A stretch of 64,000 bases of DNA from Candidatus Sulfotelmatobacter sp. (GTDB taxonomy: Bacteria > Acidobacteriota > Terriglobia > Terriglobales > Acidobacteriaceae). The translations under genes and the position numbers were made by a program. Below the pieces are notes generated by a model. The model made no database searches. It saw nothing but the letters and a program-made list of their open reading frames with translations, and was not told the origin of the DNA. Positions 53,002 through 62,549 of the stretch are shown here, in pieces; position 1 is the stretch's first letter, and each line of letters starts with the position of its first letter. The stretch lies in the NCBI GenBank assembly GCA_052148475.1, contig JBKQID010000065.1:10246-74245 (forward strand). Reading direction: 5' to 3'.

Positions 53002-54672
53002 TTACCGCATGGCCTCGATGAAGGTGACCTTGTTGATCTCTTTCAAGGTGGTCATGCCCAGCCGCACCTTGTCCAATGCGGATTCGCGGAGGAAGCGCAT
53101 GCCTTCTTCCCGCGCGGCGCGCCGGATTTCCGACGTCGGCTTCTTGGCTAGAATCATCTCGCGGATGCGGTCGCTCAAATCCAGCAGTTCGTGAATCGCG
53201 GTTCGACCGCGGAAGCCCGTGCCCGCGCACTCGATGCAACCCGGGCCTTCATACAGCGGAACATTGCCCCACTGCGCCGGATCGAGGCCGCTAGCTTCCA
53301 TTACTTCAGGGGAATAATGCACTTCGGTGCGACATGACTCGCAAATCAAGCGCACCAGGCGCTGCGCCAGAATGCAGTTCAAGGCGGAAACAAAGTTATA
53401 AGGCTCGACGCCCATGTTCAGGAAACGGCCAATGACGTCGACCACATTGTTGGCGTGAACCGTGGTAAATACCAGGTGTCCCGTGAGGGCTGACTGAATG
53501 GCGATCTGCGCGGTCTCGGCGTCGCGGATTTCGCCGACCATGATCTTGTCAGGATCGTGGCGCAGAATCGATCGCAACCCGCGCGCGAAGGTCAGCCCTT
53601 TTTTCTCGTTCACTGGAATCTGCGTAATGCCGCGCAGTTGATATTCGACCGGATCCTCAATGGTGATGATTTTGTCTTCGTCGGTCTTGATCTCGTTGAC
53701 CGCGGCGTAGAGCGTGGTGGTCTTGCCGCTTCCGGTCGGCCCCGTCACCAGCACCATGCCGTAGGGTTCTTTGATGTAGCGGCGGAAACGGCGCAGGTCG
53801 TCCTCGTCAAACCCAACTACATCCAGCGTCAAACTTTTAAACTTTTCGCTCATCGACTCTTTGTCGAGCACGCGGAGTACGGCGTCCTCGCCGTGAATCG
53901 ACGGCATGATCGAAACGCGGAAGTCGATGGCGCGCCCGTTGTATTTCACGCGGAAGCGGCCGTCCTGGGGCACGCGGCGCTCGGAAATATCGAGCTCGCT
54001 CATGACCTTGATGCGCGAAATTACGGTGGAGTGATGTTCTTTGCCGATGGGCGGCATGGCCTGCGTGAGCACGCCGTCAATGCGGAACTTGATGACCACG
54101 GAGTCGTCGCGGGTCTCGATGTGAATGTCGGAAGCGCGCCGCTGCAGCGCCGTAAAAATCGTGGTATCGACCAGGCGGATGATGGGGCTGGTATCGCCCG
54201 TCGCCGTGAGCTTGTCGATCGAGAGCGTTTCTTCCGCGCCTGTATTCTCGTCTTCGCGGATGATCTGGAAGCCTTCGCTGGCTTCTTCGAGCACGCGCTG
54301 CGACTGCTCGGTCTTGGTGAGAATGTTGTCGATCTGCTTCAGCGTGGAAACTTTGGTGATGATGCGCTGCTTCAGCAGCAGGCTGATTTCGTCGATCATC
54401 ATCAGCTGGCTGGGATCGGCGATGGCGATGGCCAGCTTGCCGTCCGCGGTTTCTTCCAGCGGCACAAACTTGTAGCGGAACATCAACTCGACCGGAATCT
54501 TCTTGAACAGCTCGTGATGCAGTTCGAAGCCACTGAGGTCGACGAATTCGCAGCGATAGCGCCGCGCCACATCCTGCGCGCGCTCCAGGTCAGTGAGGGG
54601 ATTGCCGGTTGGGCTGATCGGCCCGCCGTTCCCACCGCCTACGAACAAAGATTTTTTATCGGCTGTCGCCAT
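53002..54672 (-). CDS. pilB: GspE/PilB-family type IV pilus assembly ATPase
   Basis: Walker A is VTGPTGSGKTTTLYA. Asp and His boxes are present, as is a tetracysteine motif (CESC...CIEC). An N-terminal T2SSE_N-like domain is present. Confidence 0.95.
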   Translation of the reverse strand: MATADKKSLFVGGGNGGPISPTGNPLTDLERAQDVARRYRCEFVDLSGFELHHELFKKIPVELMFRYKFVPLEETADGKLAIAIADPSQLMMIDEISLLLKQRIITKVSTLKQIDNILTKTEQSQRVLEEASEGFQIIREDENTGAEETLSIDKLTATGDTSPIIRLVDTTIFTALQRRASDIHIETRDDSVVIKFRIDGVLTQAMPPIGKEHHSTVISRIKVMSELDISERRVPQDGRFRVKYNGRAIDFRVSIMPSIHGEDAVLRVLDKESMSEKFKSLTLDVVGFDEDDLRRFRRYIKEPYGMVLVTGPTGSGKTTTLYAAVNEIKTDEDKIITIEDPVEYQLRGITQIPVNEKKGLTFARGLRSILRHDPDKIMVGEIRDAETAQIAIQSALTGHLVFTTVHANNVVDVIGRFLNMGVEPYNFVSALNCILAQRLVRLICESCRTEVHYSPEVMEASGLDPAQWGNVPLYEGPGCIECAGTGFRGRTAIHELLDLSDRIREMILAKKPTSEIRRAAREEGMRFLRESALDKVRLGMTTLKEINKVTFIEAMR

Positions 54673-54740
54673 TTTGTCTAACCTGTCGTTGGTCCTTAGC
54701 CGTTAGTCGTTAGCCACTGACTAGCGGCCAACGACCGCCT

Positions 54741-55940
54741 TTAGTGCACGCCCAAGGTGAAGATCGGCAAATATAACGAGATCAACACCCCGCCTACAAA
54801 CACCGCCATGATCATCAGAATGATCGGCTCAATCAATGCCATCGACGCACCCAGCGCCGTCTGCACATCTTCCTCATAGAATTCCGCCACCGAATTCAGC
54901 ATGGCGGGCAGCGCTCCAGTGGATTCGCCCACCTCGATCATTTCCACCGCCAACTCAGGAAAAATTTCCTGCTCTTCGAGGCTGCCCGCCAGTCCCTGGC
55001 CCTCGCGCACCCGAATTCCGGCCCGCATCACGCCTTTCACAATGCGCCGGCTGGTCATCGAAGCGCCCGCCGTTTCCATGGCCGGAACCAGCGGCAGACC
55101 GCCCTGCAGCAGCGTCGAAAGCATCCGCGAAAAACTTGCCACCTGATGCTTCAACCGGATATCGCCCAGCAGCGGCAGGCTCAAGATCATGCGGTCGATG
55201 CGATCCGCGCCACTGTCGGTATCCTTCCAGCGCCAGGCTGCGAATCCGAATACCACCAGCGCGACGCCCACAAACGGAGCATATTTCTGGGCGTTTTGCC
55301 CCACTGCCAGCATAAACACGGTGATGGCCGGCAGCTTCGCATCCAGGCTGTTGAACAGGTCGGCAAACTTGGGCACAACGTAGGTGAACAGAAACGTCAC
55401 CATGATCATGACCACGGTGATCAGCAGCGTGGGATAGATCAGCGACACGAACAATTTCTTGCGGAACGTCATGGCCAGCCGCTGGAAGCTGATGTAGCGC
55501 GTCAGTACCTCGTCAATGTTGCCGCTCTTCTCGCCCGCCATCAGCGTGGTTGTGTAAATCTTGGGCACGATGCCCTGCGCAGCGAACGAATCGGAGAGCA
55601 ACTCTCCGCCCTTCACGCGCTCCCGCACGTTTTCGAGAATCTGTTTGAGTTGCGGGTCTTTCTGTCGCTTGATGAGCAATTCGAGCGAATTCAGAATGGG
55701 CAGCCCCGCCCGGATCAGCGTCAGGAACTGCTGGTTGAATACCAGAAACGTGCTCTGCTTCAGCTTCCGCCGCCGGCGCAGGGAGATTCCGCTAGTCAGC
55801 ATTCCCTGGGGCTTGACCCAGTAGACCAGATAGCCCTGCTGCGAGAAGCGGTCGCGCACTTCGGCTTCGGAGTAGCCCTGCTCGATGTGCTGCTGCACCC
55901 GTCCGCGGTCGTCCGCGATTTTTACGATGAACTCCGCCAT
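54741..55940 (-). CDS. pilC: GspF/PilC-family platform protein
   Basis: Two T2SSF repeats are present (FNQQFLTLIRAGLPILNSLELL and FSRMLSTLLQGGLPLVPAMETA) with three TM segments. Confidence 0.95.
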   Translation of the reverse strand: MAEFIVKIADDRGRVQQHIEQGYSEAEVRDRFSQQGYLVYWVKPQGMLTSGISLRRRRKLKQSTFLVFNQQFLTLIRAGLPILNSLELLIKRQKDPQLKQILENVRERVKGGELLSDSFAAQGIVPKIYTTTLMAGEKSGNIDEVLTRYISFQRLAMTFRKKLFVSLIYPTLLITVVMIMVTFLFTYVVPKFADLFNSLDAKLPAITVFMLAVGQNAQKYAPFVGVALVVFGFAAWRWKDTDSGADRIDRMILSLPLLGDIRLKHQVASFSRMLSTLLQGGLPLVPAMETAGASMTSRRIVKGVMRAGIRVREGQGLAGSLEEQEIFPELAVEMIEVGESTGALPAMLNSVAEFYEEDVQTALGASMALIEPIILMIMAVFVGGVLISLYLPIFTLGVH

Positions 55941-56080
55941 TTGCCGACTTTTCTGCCCGTTTTCCCGATCTCAGCCTTAACGCTCAGTCTAACATTCCCA
56001 CTTACCATTCTAAGCCGCCCGCCGGCTCCAAACTCGCCCCTGCCAGTACGCAAGTAACCGGATCCGACAGCATCAAAAAC

Positions 56081-56115
56081 CTCTGTCATTCCGAGCGAAG
56101 TCGAGGAACCCGCTT
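56081..56115. repeat. Intergenic repeat motif (second copy of the GAGCGAAGTCGA core)
   Basis: The sequence is CTCTGTCATTCCGAGCGAAGTCGAGGAACCCGC followed by TTTTTTT. It lies between the pilC start and the lolA stop. It resembles a short intergenic motif class (GTCATTCCGAGCGAAG...GAGGAA) that I recall as common in soil-bacterial genomes. Confidence 0.35.
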
Positions 56116-56139
56116 TTTTTGCCGGCCCGCGGCCGACCC

Positions 56140-56844
56140 CTACGGCTCCAATCCCTCCACCGTTTCGATCCCCGCCGGTGGTTTGAACGAAAAGCGGCCG
56201 TCGCCGATGGCCACGTCTTCCTTTATTCCGGCAAAGCGATATTCCGTGGCCGCTCCATCCACTTCCTGGATGACAATGCGTACGATCTGGTCGTCTGGTG
56301 TGACCTCGAGCAAAACCTCGCTCACCCGATCCGCCAAGGCCTGCGGCACACCCCGCAGAACCACATTTCCCGGCGCCAGCGGCTCTACATCTGGAGCTAG
56401 AGACAATCCCCGTAACTCTTTCTCCAGTTTGGTTTTACCCAGCAAGAAGGCCAGCGGAGAACGGACATCCTCCAGCTTCTTGGCGGCTGTTTTCCGCGCC
56501 TGCCGGTCCTCGGGAACGTAAAACCACGCATCTCTCCCATCGCTGACAAACAGCTTTACCCTGGGAGAACGGTATTCCCAGCGCATCTTGCCGGGTTTTT
56601 TCAGCCACAGCGTTCCGCTCTCGGTGCGCTCCATCCCAGACCCGCGATAGACCTCGGTAAACTCCGCCTGCAGCGAGCGCAGATGGTTGTAATGCGCATC
56701 CACCGCCGCCGCCAGAGTTTTCAGGTCTGCCGCCGAAGCGACGGCCAGACCGGCAATGCAAAGAGCCAACTGCGAAAGCATGAGAGTAAACCTAAAAGAT
56801 CGCACGTAGGTCTCTTTTGTCGACGGGAACCGAGTCTCCGGCAA
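56140..56844 (-). CDS. lolA: LolA-like outer-membrane lipoprotein carrier protein
   Basis: LQAEFTEVYRGSGMERTESGTLWLKKPGKMRWEYRSPRVKLFVSDGRDAWFYVPEDRQA fits the LolA pattern. The start is uncertain, either 56844 or ATG 56781. Confidence 0.75.
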   Translation of the reverse strand: MPETRFPSTKETYVRSFRFTLMLSQLALCIAGLAVASAADLKTLAAAVDAHYNHLRSLQAEFTEVYRGSGMERTESGTLWLKKPGKMRWEYRSPRVKLFVSDGRDAWFYVPEDRQARKTAAKKLEDVRSPLAFLLGKTKLEKELRGLSLAPDVEPLAPGNVVLRGVPQALADRVSEVLLEVTPDDQIVRIVIQEVDGAATEYRFAGIKEDVAIGDGRFSFKPPAGIETVEGLEP

Positions 56845-57054
56845 CCATGCGCCAAACCAATGCGCCGTTGCTTCCGGAAGCAGGTTGGAGAACAGAGTCT
56901 GAACTGATTGTAGCTATTTTTCCCCCACTCTGCATACGCGGCCAGCACGCCAGCCAGGCGTCAGGTTTGCCGTTGCCCGGCGGTGCGCATTGTGGGAAAA
57001 TCGCTTCTCCGAGCCGATCTTCCCCAATTTCCGGCCGGGGGCAGAGGATCGTGT

Positions 57055-58803
57055 ATGTTGCGCGTCCTGCGCGTTGCGCTGCCATGCGCAATGATTTCCG
57101 TTCTTGGCTTTGCCCAATCTACCAGCCAGCCTGTGGGCGCCAAAGACCCTGCTTCGTCGCAGTCAGGGGTGTCACCGGCGAAAGTTGTGAGAGACTCTGC
57201 CGGATTGTCCTCCAAAGATACTGCTGCACCCATCGCTCCGCTCGATAATCCACTGGGCGAAGCGAGGCTCCTCTACCGCCAGGGCAAATTTCCCGGTGCC
57301 ATTGCCAAGTACGAACAGTTTGTGCAGCAGCACCCGCAATCGCCAGATGGATACGCCGGACTGGTGCGCGTCTATCTGAAGCAAAAAGATGTGGAACAGG
57401 CCATCCAGGCGGCGGATCGGGGGATCGCTCAGTCGGATACTCCCCGTATGCGCTCCGCGCGCGCAGAAGTCTGGTTCCGGCAGGGCAAGATCCAAGAGGC
57501 GGAAAAAGAATGGGTCGGGATTGTTAATTCCGGATATCCCGAGGCCCGGGCGTTTCTCGGGTTGGCGCGGATACGAGATGCCATCGCCATGTACAAGACC
57601 GCGAAGGCCATGATCGACGAAGCGCACGCTCTGGATGCCAACGACAGCGATATTCAGGAAGAGTGGATCGGCACACTCTCGCGCGCCCAGCGTATCAAGT
57701 ACCTCGAAGACTCGCTGGCTGGCGAAAACAATTGGGACGCAGAAGAGCACGAGGGGGTGAAAGACTATCTGGCGTATCTGAAAGAGCGCGCGAACCAGCA
57801 CAAGGAATCTTGTCGCCTGGTGAGCAAGGTGACTGCCACTGACACACCGTTGGCTCGACTTCTCATCGATCCAACTCATCTTCATGGTTATGGACTGGCG
57901 GTGGCTCTGAATGGTCACAAGGGTAAGCTGCTGCTGGACACGGGAGCCAGCGGGATTCTGATCACGCGCTCGATCGCGGAACATGCTGGCATTTCCAAGA
58001 TCAGCCAGACCAAAGTTTGGGGCGTCGGCGACAAGGGAGGCCGCAACGCGTACTTCGGAGTGGCCGACTCCATCAAGATCGGCGACCTCGAATTCCAGAA
58101 CTGCTCCGTGGAAGTCATCGAGCAGCGCTCGGTGCTGGATGATGATGGATTGATCGGCGCCGACGTCTTCCAAAATTTTCTCGTGGAAATCGACTTCCCC
58201 AACGAAAAGCTCAAACTGAGCCAACTCCCAAAGCGCCCGGGCGAAGTCGAACGGAAGCTTGCTCTCAATAGTGAAGACGACGAGGCCAACGATTCTGACG
58301 CTGCGGAGCCGGAGGCCGACGCCAAACCAGGCGAGAGCAAGACGGCGGACGCCAAGACTCCTGCACCAGCCTCAGGTCTGCAAGACCGCTACATCGCCCC
58401 TGAGATGCAGTCGTATACTCGCGTCTTCCGCTTCGGCCACGATCTGTTGGTCCCAACCGGCATCGGCAACGTGCCCCCTAAACTGTTCCTGATGGACACT
58501 GGGGCCACAATGAATGTCATTTCGCCCGCGGCGGCGCGGGAAGTGACAAAGGTCCACGGCGATTCCGACACGATTATCAAAGGGATCAGCGGCAAAGTGA
58601 ACAACGTCTTTACTGCGAACAAAGCGGTACTCGTGTTCGGTCACCTGCGCCAGGAGAATCAGGAAATGACTGCGTTCGACACCAAGAACCTCAGCGACAA
58701 CATCGGAACGGAAATCTCCGGCTTCCTGGGTTTCACCACGCTTCGCCTCCTCGACATCAAAATCGACTATCGCGACGCCCTGGTCGACTTTAAATACCGC
58801 TGA
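57055..58803 (+). CDS. Secreted TPR protein fused to two retropepsin-like aspartic protease domains
   Basis: ATG 57055 follows AGAGGA, and the signal peptide is MLRVLRVALPCAMISVLGFAQS. TPR repeats are followed by LLLDTGASGILIT (DTG at 57937..57945) and LFLMDTGATMNVIS (DTG at 58495..58503). An acidic linker separates the two protease domains. Confidence 0.8.
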   Translation: MLRVLRVALPCAMISVLGFAQSTSQPVGAKDPASSQSGVSPAKVVRDSAGLSSKDTAAPIAPLDNPLGEARLLYRQGKFPGAIAKYEQFVQQHPQSPDGYAGLVRVYLKQKDVEQAIQAADRGIAQSDTPRMRSARAEVWFRQGKIQEAEKEWVGIVNSGYPEARAFLGLARIRDAIAMYKTAKAMIDEAHALDANDSDIQEEWIGTLSRAQRIKYLEDSLAGENNWDAEEHEGVKDYLAYLKERANQHKESCRLVSKVTATDTPLARLLIDPTHLHGYGLAVALNGHKGKLLLDTGASGILITRSIAEHAGISKISQTKVWGVGDKGGRNAYFGVADSIKIGDLEFQNCSVEVIEQRSVLDDDGLIGADVFQNFLVEIDFPNEKLKLSQLPKRPGEVERKLALNSEDDEANDSDAAEPEADAKPGESKTADAKTPAPASGLQDRYIAPEMQSYTRVFRFGHDLLVPTGIGNVPPKLFLMDTGATMNVISPAAAREVTKVHGDSDTIIKGISGKVNNVFTANKAVLVFGHLRQENQEMTAFDTKNLSDNIGTEISGFLGFTTLRLLDIKIDYRDALVDFKYR

Positions 58804-59572
58804 ACACTGAGTATTGATGGTTCGCGACGATCTTTCTCAGCCGCCAGCTTTCGCTCAGCACGTGTTCCAGCAGCGGGTTGTGATAGAGCACATAGACCGG
58901 TCTGGGATGCGTGCGCAAAGACTGTTCCAGGTTCGCGACCACTTTGCGAATACCCGATTCCGGGAACGGATTGAAAAGAAAAATTACCAGCGGATCCACG
59001 GGCAATGGGAAGTCCGTGGCATCGGCGCAGATCGATTCGAGCGCAAAGCATTGCTGCGATTCGCTTTTGTACCGACGGAAATTCTCTTGCGCGATCTCAT
59101 GCAGCGAAGGCAGAAGTTCCACGCCGATAATCCTGCGGAAGGGATAGTCCGACGCCATCAGCAGAGTGCGCCCCTTGCCCGAGCCGAGATCGATAAAAGT
59201 AAAGTCGCGGAAGTTCAGAGTAGCGCCGAGAGAGGCCTGGCCGGAGTTCGGTGTTTGCTGGAGGGCCCGATGAAGAACATCGAGCATCTCATGAAACGCC
59301 GCCGGTTCGGTGGGCTGATACGCGGAATGGAACATGCCCAGTAGCCGGTCGCGCCATCCGACCGCGCCGCTCGTCGTGTTTACCCGGTAATCCCAGTCGT
59401 AGTCGGCGTCGCCAAAGCGTTGTCGCAGACGCTCCGGAGTGGAATCGCGCGCGAATTCCCACAGCACGCCGGCGAGGCGCCGCGTGGCGGCGAATGACCC
59501 CTCGTACGTGGCTGCGTATCTCCACCATTGCCACGCAGTTTTGAGCACGCTGATGGGTGGAGGAGAAGCCAT
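58790..59572 (-). CDS. Class I SAM-dependent methyltransferase
   Basis: Motif I is FIDLGSGKGRTLLMA, and post-I/II-like segments IIGVELLP and IFLFNPF follow. It overlaps the protease gene convergently by 14 nt. Confidence 0.75.
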   Translation of the reverse strand: MASPPPISVLKTAWQWWRYAATYEGSFAATRRLAGVLWEFARDSTPERLRQRFGDADYDWDYRVNTTSGAVGWRDRLLGMFHSAYQPTEPAAFHEMLDVLHRALQQTPNSGQASLGATLNFRDFTFIDLGSGKGRTLLMASDYPFRRIIGVELLPSLHEIAQENFRRYKSESQQCFALESICADATDFPLPVDPLVIFLFNPFPESGIRKVVANLEQSLRTHPRPVYVLYHNPLLEHVLSESWRLRKIVANHQYSVFSGI

Positions 59573-59691
59573 GTCAGGTTGAACGCCTAGACATGATACG
59601 GGGAAAAACAGTGGTTAGTTGCCGGTGGTCGGTGGCCAGTCAAAATCGTTCGTGTAGGCGAAGAACTGGCGGCTGATCACTGATCACAGCG

Positions 59692-60621
59692 CTAACTGTG
59701 GTTGTGGAACTTGGGGGGGCCAGGTTTATATCCCGGAGGCAGACCTTTGGTGATGAAAGGGAAGTCGTCGGGGTTCTCGACCAGGACGCGGCCTTCCGGT
59801 GTCAGCTTGTAGGCGTCGCCGTCAGGATCGACGGGGATGCCGGGCAAATGTGCGGCGGCGACCAGTTCCGCCATGCTGGCGGGAGCGCGGCCTATGCGCT
59901 CACCGAACTGAGTGACAAGAGCTTCGAGGTGGGTGACGTCTTCATCCACCTGGACCGCGCGCAGATGTTCGACCGCGTTCTGGCGGATGTTGGATTCGCG
60001 GGCGGTTTCGTAGGTGGCGCTCCACAGCATGCGGGCGGTCGCGAAATCGCCGGCGTGCATGGCCATCTGCGCAGCCAGAATCTTCATGAACGGATGCGCG
60101 TTGGGAACCTTCGAGCCGCGCTCAAACACCTCGGCAGCCTTGCGGTAGTCCTTGAGTTCGGTGTAGTAGACGAAGCCGAGATTGTAGTAGAGCTGCCAGT
60201 TGTCGGGATTATTCGCGATGCCATACTCCATCAGATGAATGGCACGCTCGGGTTGGCCGGCTCCGCCTGGCGGCTTGGGAGCCAGGAAGCTGGCGCCGAA
60301 CTGATACGCGGGTAATAGATGCGGGTCGAGCGTGGTGGTGATTTCGAGCAGCGGGGCCAGCTCGTTATAAGTGTGCGCATAGTCGAAATGGCGGTGGCCG
60401 AAATACTGTACCGTGCGCGTCCAGTAGATGCAGGCCATCAGGCCGTCGAAGCCCAGGCTGGCGCGCTTTATCATTTTCGGGGAGTTGACGTAGAGCACGT
60501 CCTCGATGCTGGCTTGAGGACGGAGCCGGTCAATATGCCGCAATAGCAGAACACTGGCGGCCATCGAAACTGCCAGGCTCGCCGCGGCGATGATGGTGGT
60601 GCGCTGGCGGGCGGTTGTCAT
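59692..60621 (-). CDS. Membrane-anchored TPR-like protein
   Basis: The N-terminal anchor is TTIIAAASLAVSMAASVLLL. The remainder is helical-repeat rich (NPDNWQLYYNLGFVYYTELKDYRKAAEVFERG). It is the last gene of the ABC-2 operon. Confidence 0.65.
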   Translation of the reverse strand: MTTARQRTTIIAAASLAVSMAASVLLLRHIDRLRPQASIEDVLYVNSPKMIKRASLGFDGLMACIYWTRTVQYFGHRHFDYAHTYNELAPLLEITTTLDPHLLPAYQFGASFLAPKPPGGAGQPERAIHLMEYGIANNPDNWQLYYNLGFVYYTELKDYRKAAEVFERGSKVPNAHPFMKILAAQMAMHAGDFATARMLWSATYETARESNIRQNAVEHLRAVQVDEDVTHLEALVTQFGERIGRAPASMAELVAAAHLPGIPVDPDGDAYKLTPEGRVLVENPDDFPFITKGLPPGYKPGPPKFHNHS

Positions 60622-60623
60622 TG

Positions 60624-61400
60624 TTATTTCAGATTCCTGCGTTCGAAGATCAGGACCGCGCCGCTCAGGGCCATCGCGGTATAAAACAGGGCATAGAGCG
60701 TGTTTTGCAGGATGAGTTGCGAGCTCATCGGTTGCTGGTGCGCGACCGCGCTAATGACGTTGAGCGCCGAGAAATTGGGCACCAGATAGGCGGCTCCGGT
60801 GGCCACCCAGCGGGTGATGCCGTGAGCCATGCCGGCGAATCCGCGCAGGTCGTCGGCGAAGCTTCCGATCACGAACAGAGAGAACGCAAAAACCGCGGAG
60901 AGCAGCGGCGAAGAGAACGACGAGAACAACAAGGCCAGCGAGCAGATGATCAGAAACTCGAGAACGATGAAATAGAGCGCCACCAGGATCAGCGCGTCGG
61001 GCTTGGAGAACTTGTGAGCCACGTAGAGCAGCGCGCCGAAGACTCCGATGGCCATGAAGAACGTGTTCACTACCAGCGTTCCGGCCAGGCCGAAGAACTT
61101 GCCGACGATGAATTCCCAGCGGCGGACGGGACGCGACAGCACGGTGTACAGGGTGCGCTTCTCGATTTCTTTCGAGACCAGCCCAATGCCGATGAAGATC
61201 GCGATGACCACGCCAAATAGTGAGACTGCGGTAAGGCCCAGATTGATAACCACCAGGCGCTCGATGTCGATCGAAATCTGGCCCACGAAAATGGCTGCGC
61301 CCGAAAGCAGCAGGGCGAAAGCGATCAGGTTGTAGAGCACGCGGTCGCGGACCGCTTCGCGAAACGTGTTGGCGGCAATGTAAACGATGCGTGGGCTCAT
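60624..61400 (-). CDS. ABC-2-type transporter permease
   Basis: The protein has six hydrophobic helices and is 258 aa long. Its start overlaps the ATPase stop by 4 nt. Confidence 0.8.
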   Translation of the reverse strand: MSPRIVYIAANTFREAVRDRVLYNLIAFALLLSGAAIFVGQISIDIERLVVINLGLTAVSLFGVVIAIFIGIGLVSKEIEKRTLYTVLSRPVRRWEFIVGKFFGLAGTLVVNTFFMAIGVFGALLYVAHKFSKPDALILVALYFIVLEFLIICSLALLFSSFSSPLLSAVFAFSLFVIGSFADDLRGFAGMAHGITRWVATGAAYLVPNFSALNVISAVAHQQPMSSQLILQNTLYALFYTAMALSGAVLIFERRNLK

Positions 61401-62350
61401 ACGGCGGTCCCCAGAGTCTTCTCCGCGGTGGTTTGAGGGCGCTGCAACTTTTCGACGAAATACGCTTCCAACGAAGTGCGCAGCGGAGTGAGGGCGATCA
61501 GGCGGATGCGCTCGCGGCGCAGGGCATCGATGGCAGCGTCCTGGTGGTTTTCAGGGATCACGGCGCGGACGGTGTCCCCTGTAATGTGGCATTCCGCGCC
61601 CAGGGCTTTCATCGAGGCCGGAACGTCACTGCCTTGCCAGACGACTTCCACTTTGCCCTGAACCGTCGCGGTCAAGTCGGCCACCGCGCCCACGCCCCGC
61701 AATTCGCCTTTATGAATGATGGCGACGCGGTCGCAGAGCGCCTCAGCGTCGGAGAGAATGTGGGTCGAAAAAAACACCGTTTTGCCTTCCTGCTTGAGTT
61801 GCTCCATCAGGTCGCGAACTTCGCGGCGGCCCAGCGGATCGAGTCCCGACATCGGTTCGTCGAAGAAAACAAGTTTCGGGTTGTGGAGAATCGCCTGCGC
61901 GATTCCGGCGCGCTGCAGCATGCCCTTGGAGAACTTGCGCAACTGCACGCCCTTAATGTCGGTGAGCCCCACGCGCTGCAGCACTTCTTCGATGCGGCGC
62001 TTGCGGTCTTTGCCGGGAACTCCCGAGAGCTGGCCGTAGTAATCGAGCAATTCGTGCGCCGTCAGATAATCGTAGAAGTAGGGCTGCTCAGGAAGGAAGC
62101 CGATCTGCGCTTTGACTTCGGGGTCGGTCCAATCGTGACCCAGGATGCGCGCGGTGCCGGCGGTCGGGAACACCAACCCCATCAGCATTTTCAACGTGGT
62201 GGTCTTGCCCGCGCCGTTGGGGCCGAGGAACCCGAAAATCTCTCCCTCTTCGACGGTGAGATGCAGCGGCTGCAAGGCCCGCTTGGGGCGCTTGCGCCAG
62301 AAGCCCACCATGTAGGTCTTTTCCAGTCCAAGAATTTCAATTGCGGCCAT
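61397..62350 (-). CDS. ABC transporter ATP-binding protein (ABC-2/DrrA-like)
   Basis: Walker A is [10 protein letters not shown]. The signature region is [14 protein letters not shown]. Walker B is [12 protein letters not shown], and the H-loop is FFSTHIL. Confidence 0.95.
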   Translation of the reverse strand: MAAIEILGLEKTYMVGFWRKRPKRALQPLHLTVEEGEIFGFLGPNGAGKTTTLKMLMGLVFPTAGTARILGHDWTDPEVKAQIGFLPEQPYFYDYLTAHELLDYYGQLSGVPGKDRKRRIEEVLQRVGLTDIKGVQLRKFSKGMLQRAGIAQAILHNPKLVFFDEPMSGLDPLGRREVRDLMEQLKQEGKTVFFSTHILSDAEALCDRVAIIHKGELRGVGAVADLTATVQGKVEVVWQGSDVPASMKALGAECHITGDTVRAVIPENHQDAAIDALRRERIRLIALTPLRTSLEAYFVEKLQRPQTTAEKTLGTAV

Positions 62351-62549
62351 TGTGTGTCAGACTTCGTGACTTCCGCTAGAAGTATTTTCGGAAATATTAT
62401 AAGCACCGGAGCGCGCTAGAACATCCCCATGCCAGTTACGACGGTCACTGTGCGCTCGGAAGCTAGATTAAAGACGGAGGTTTTGCGGAGCAACGAAACC
62501 CGGTCTAGGCCGAGCGCAATTCTCAACTTGGGATGAGACTGGGATTTAT

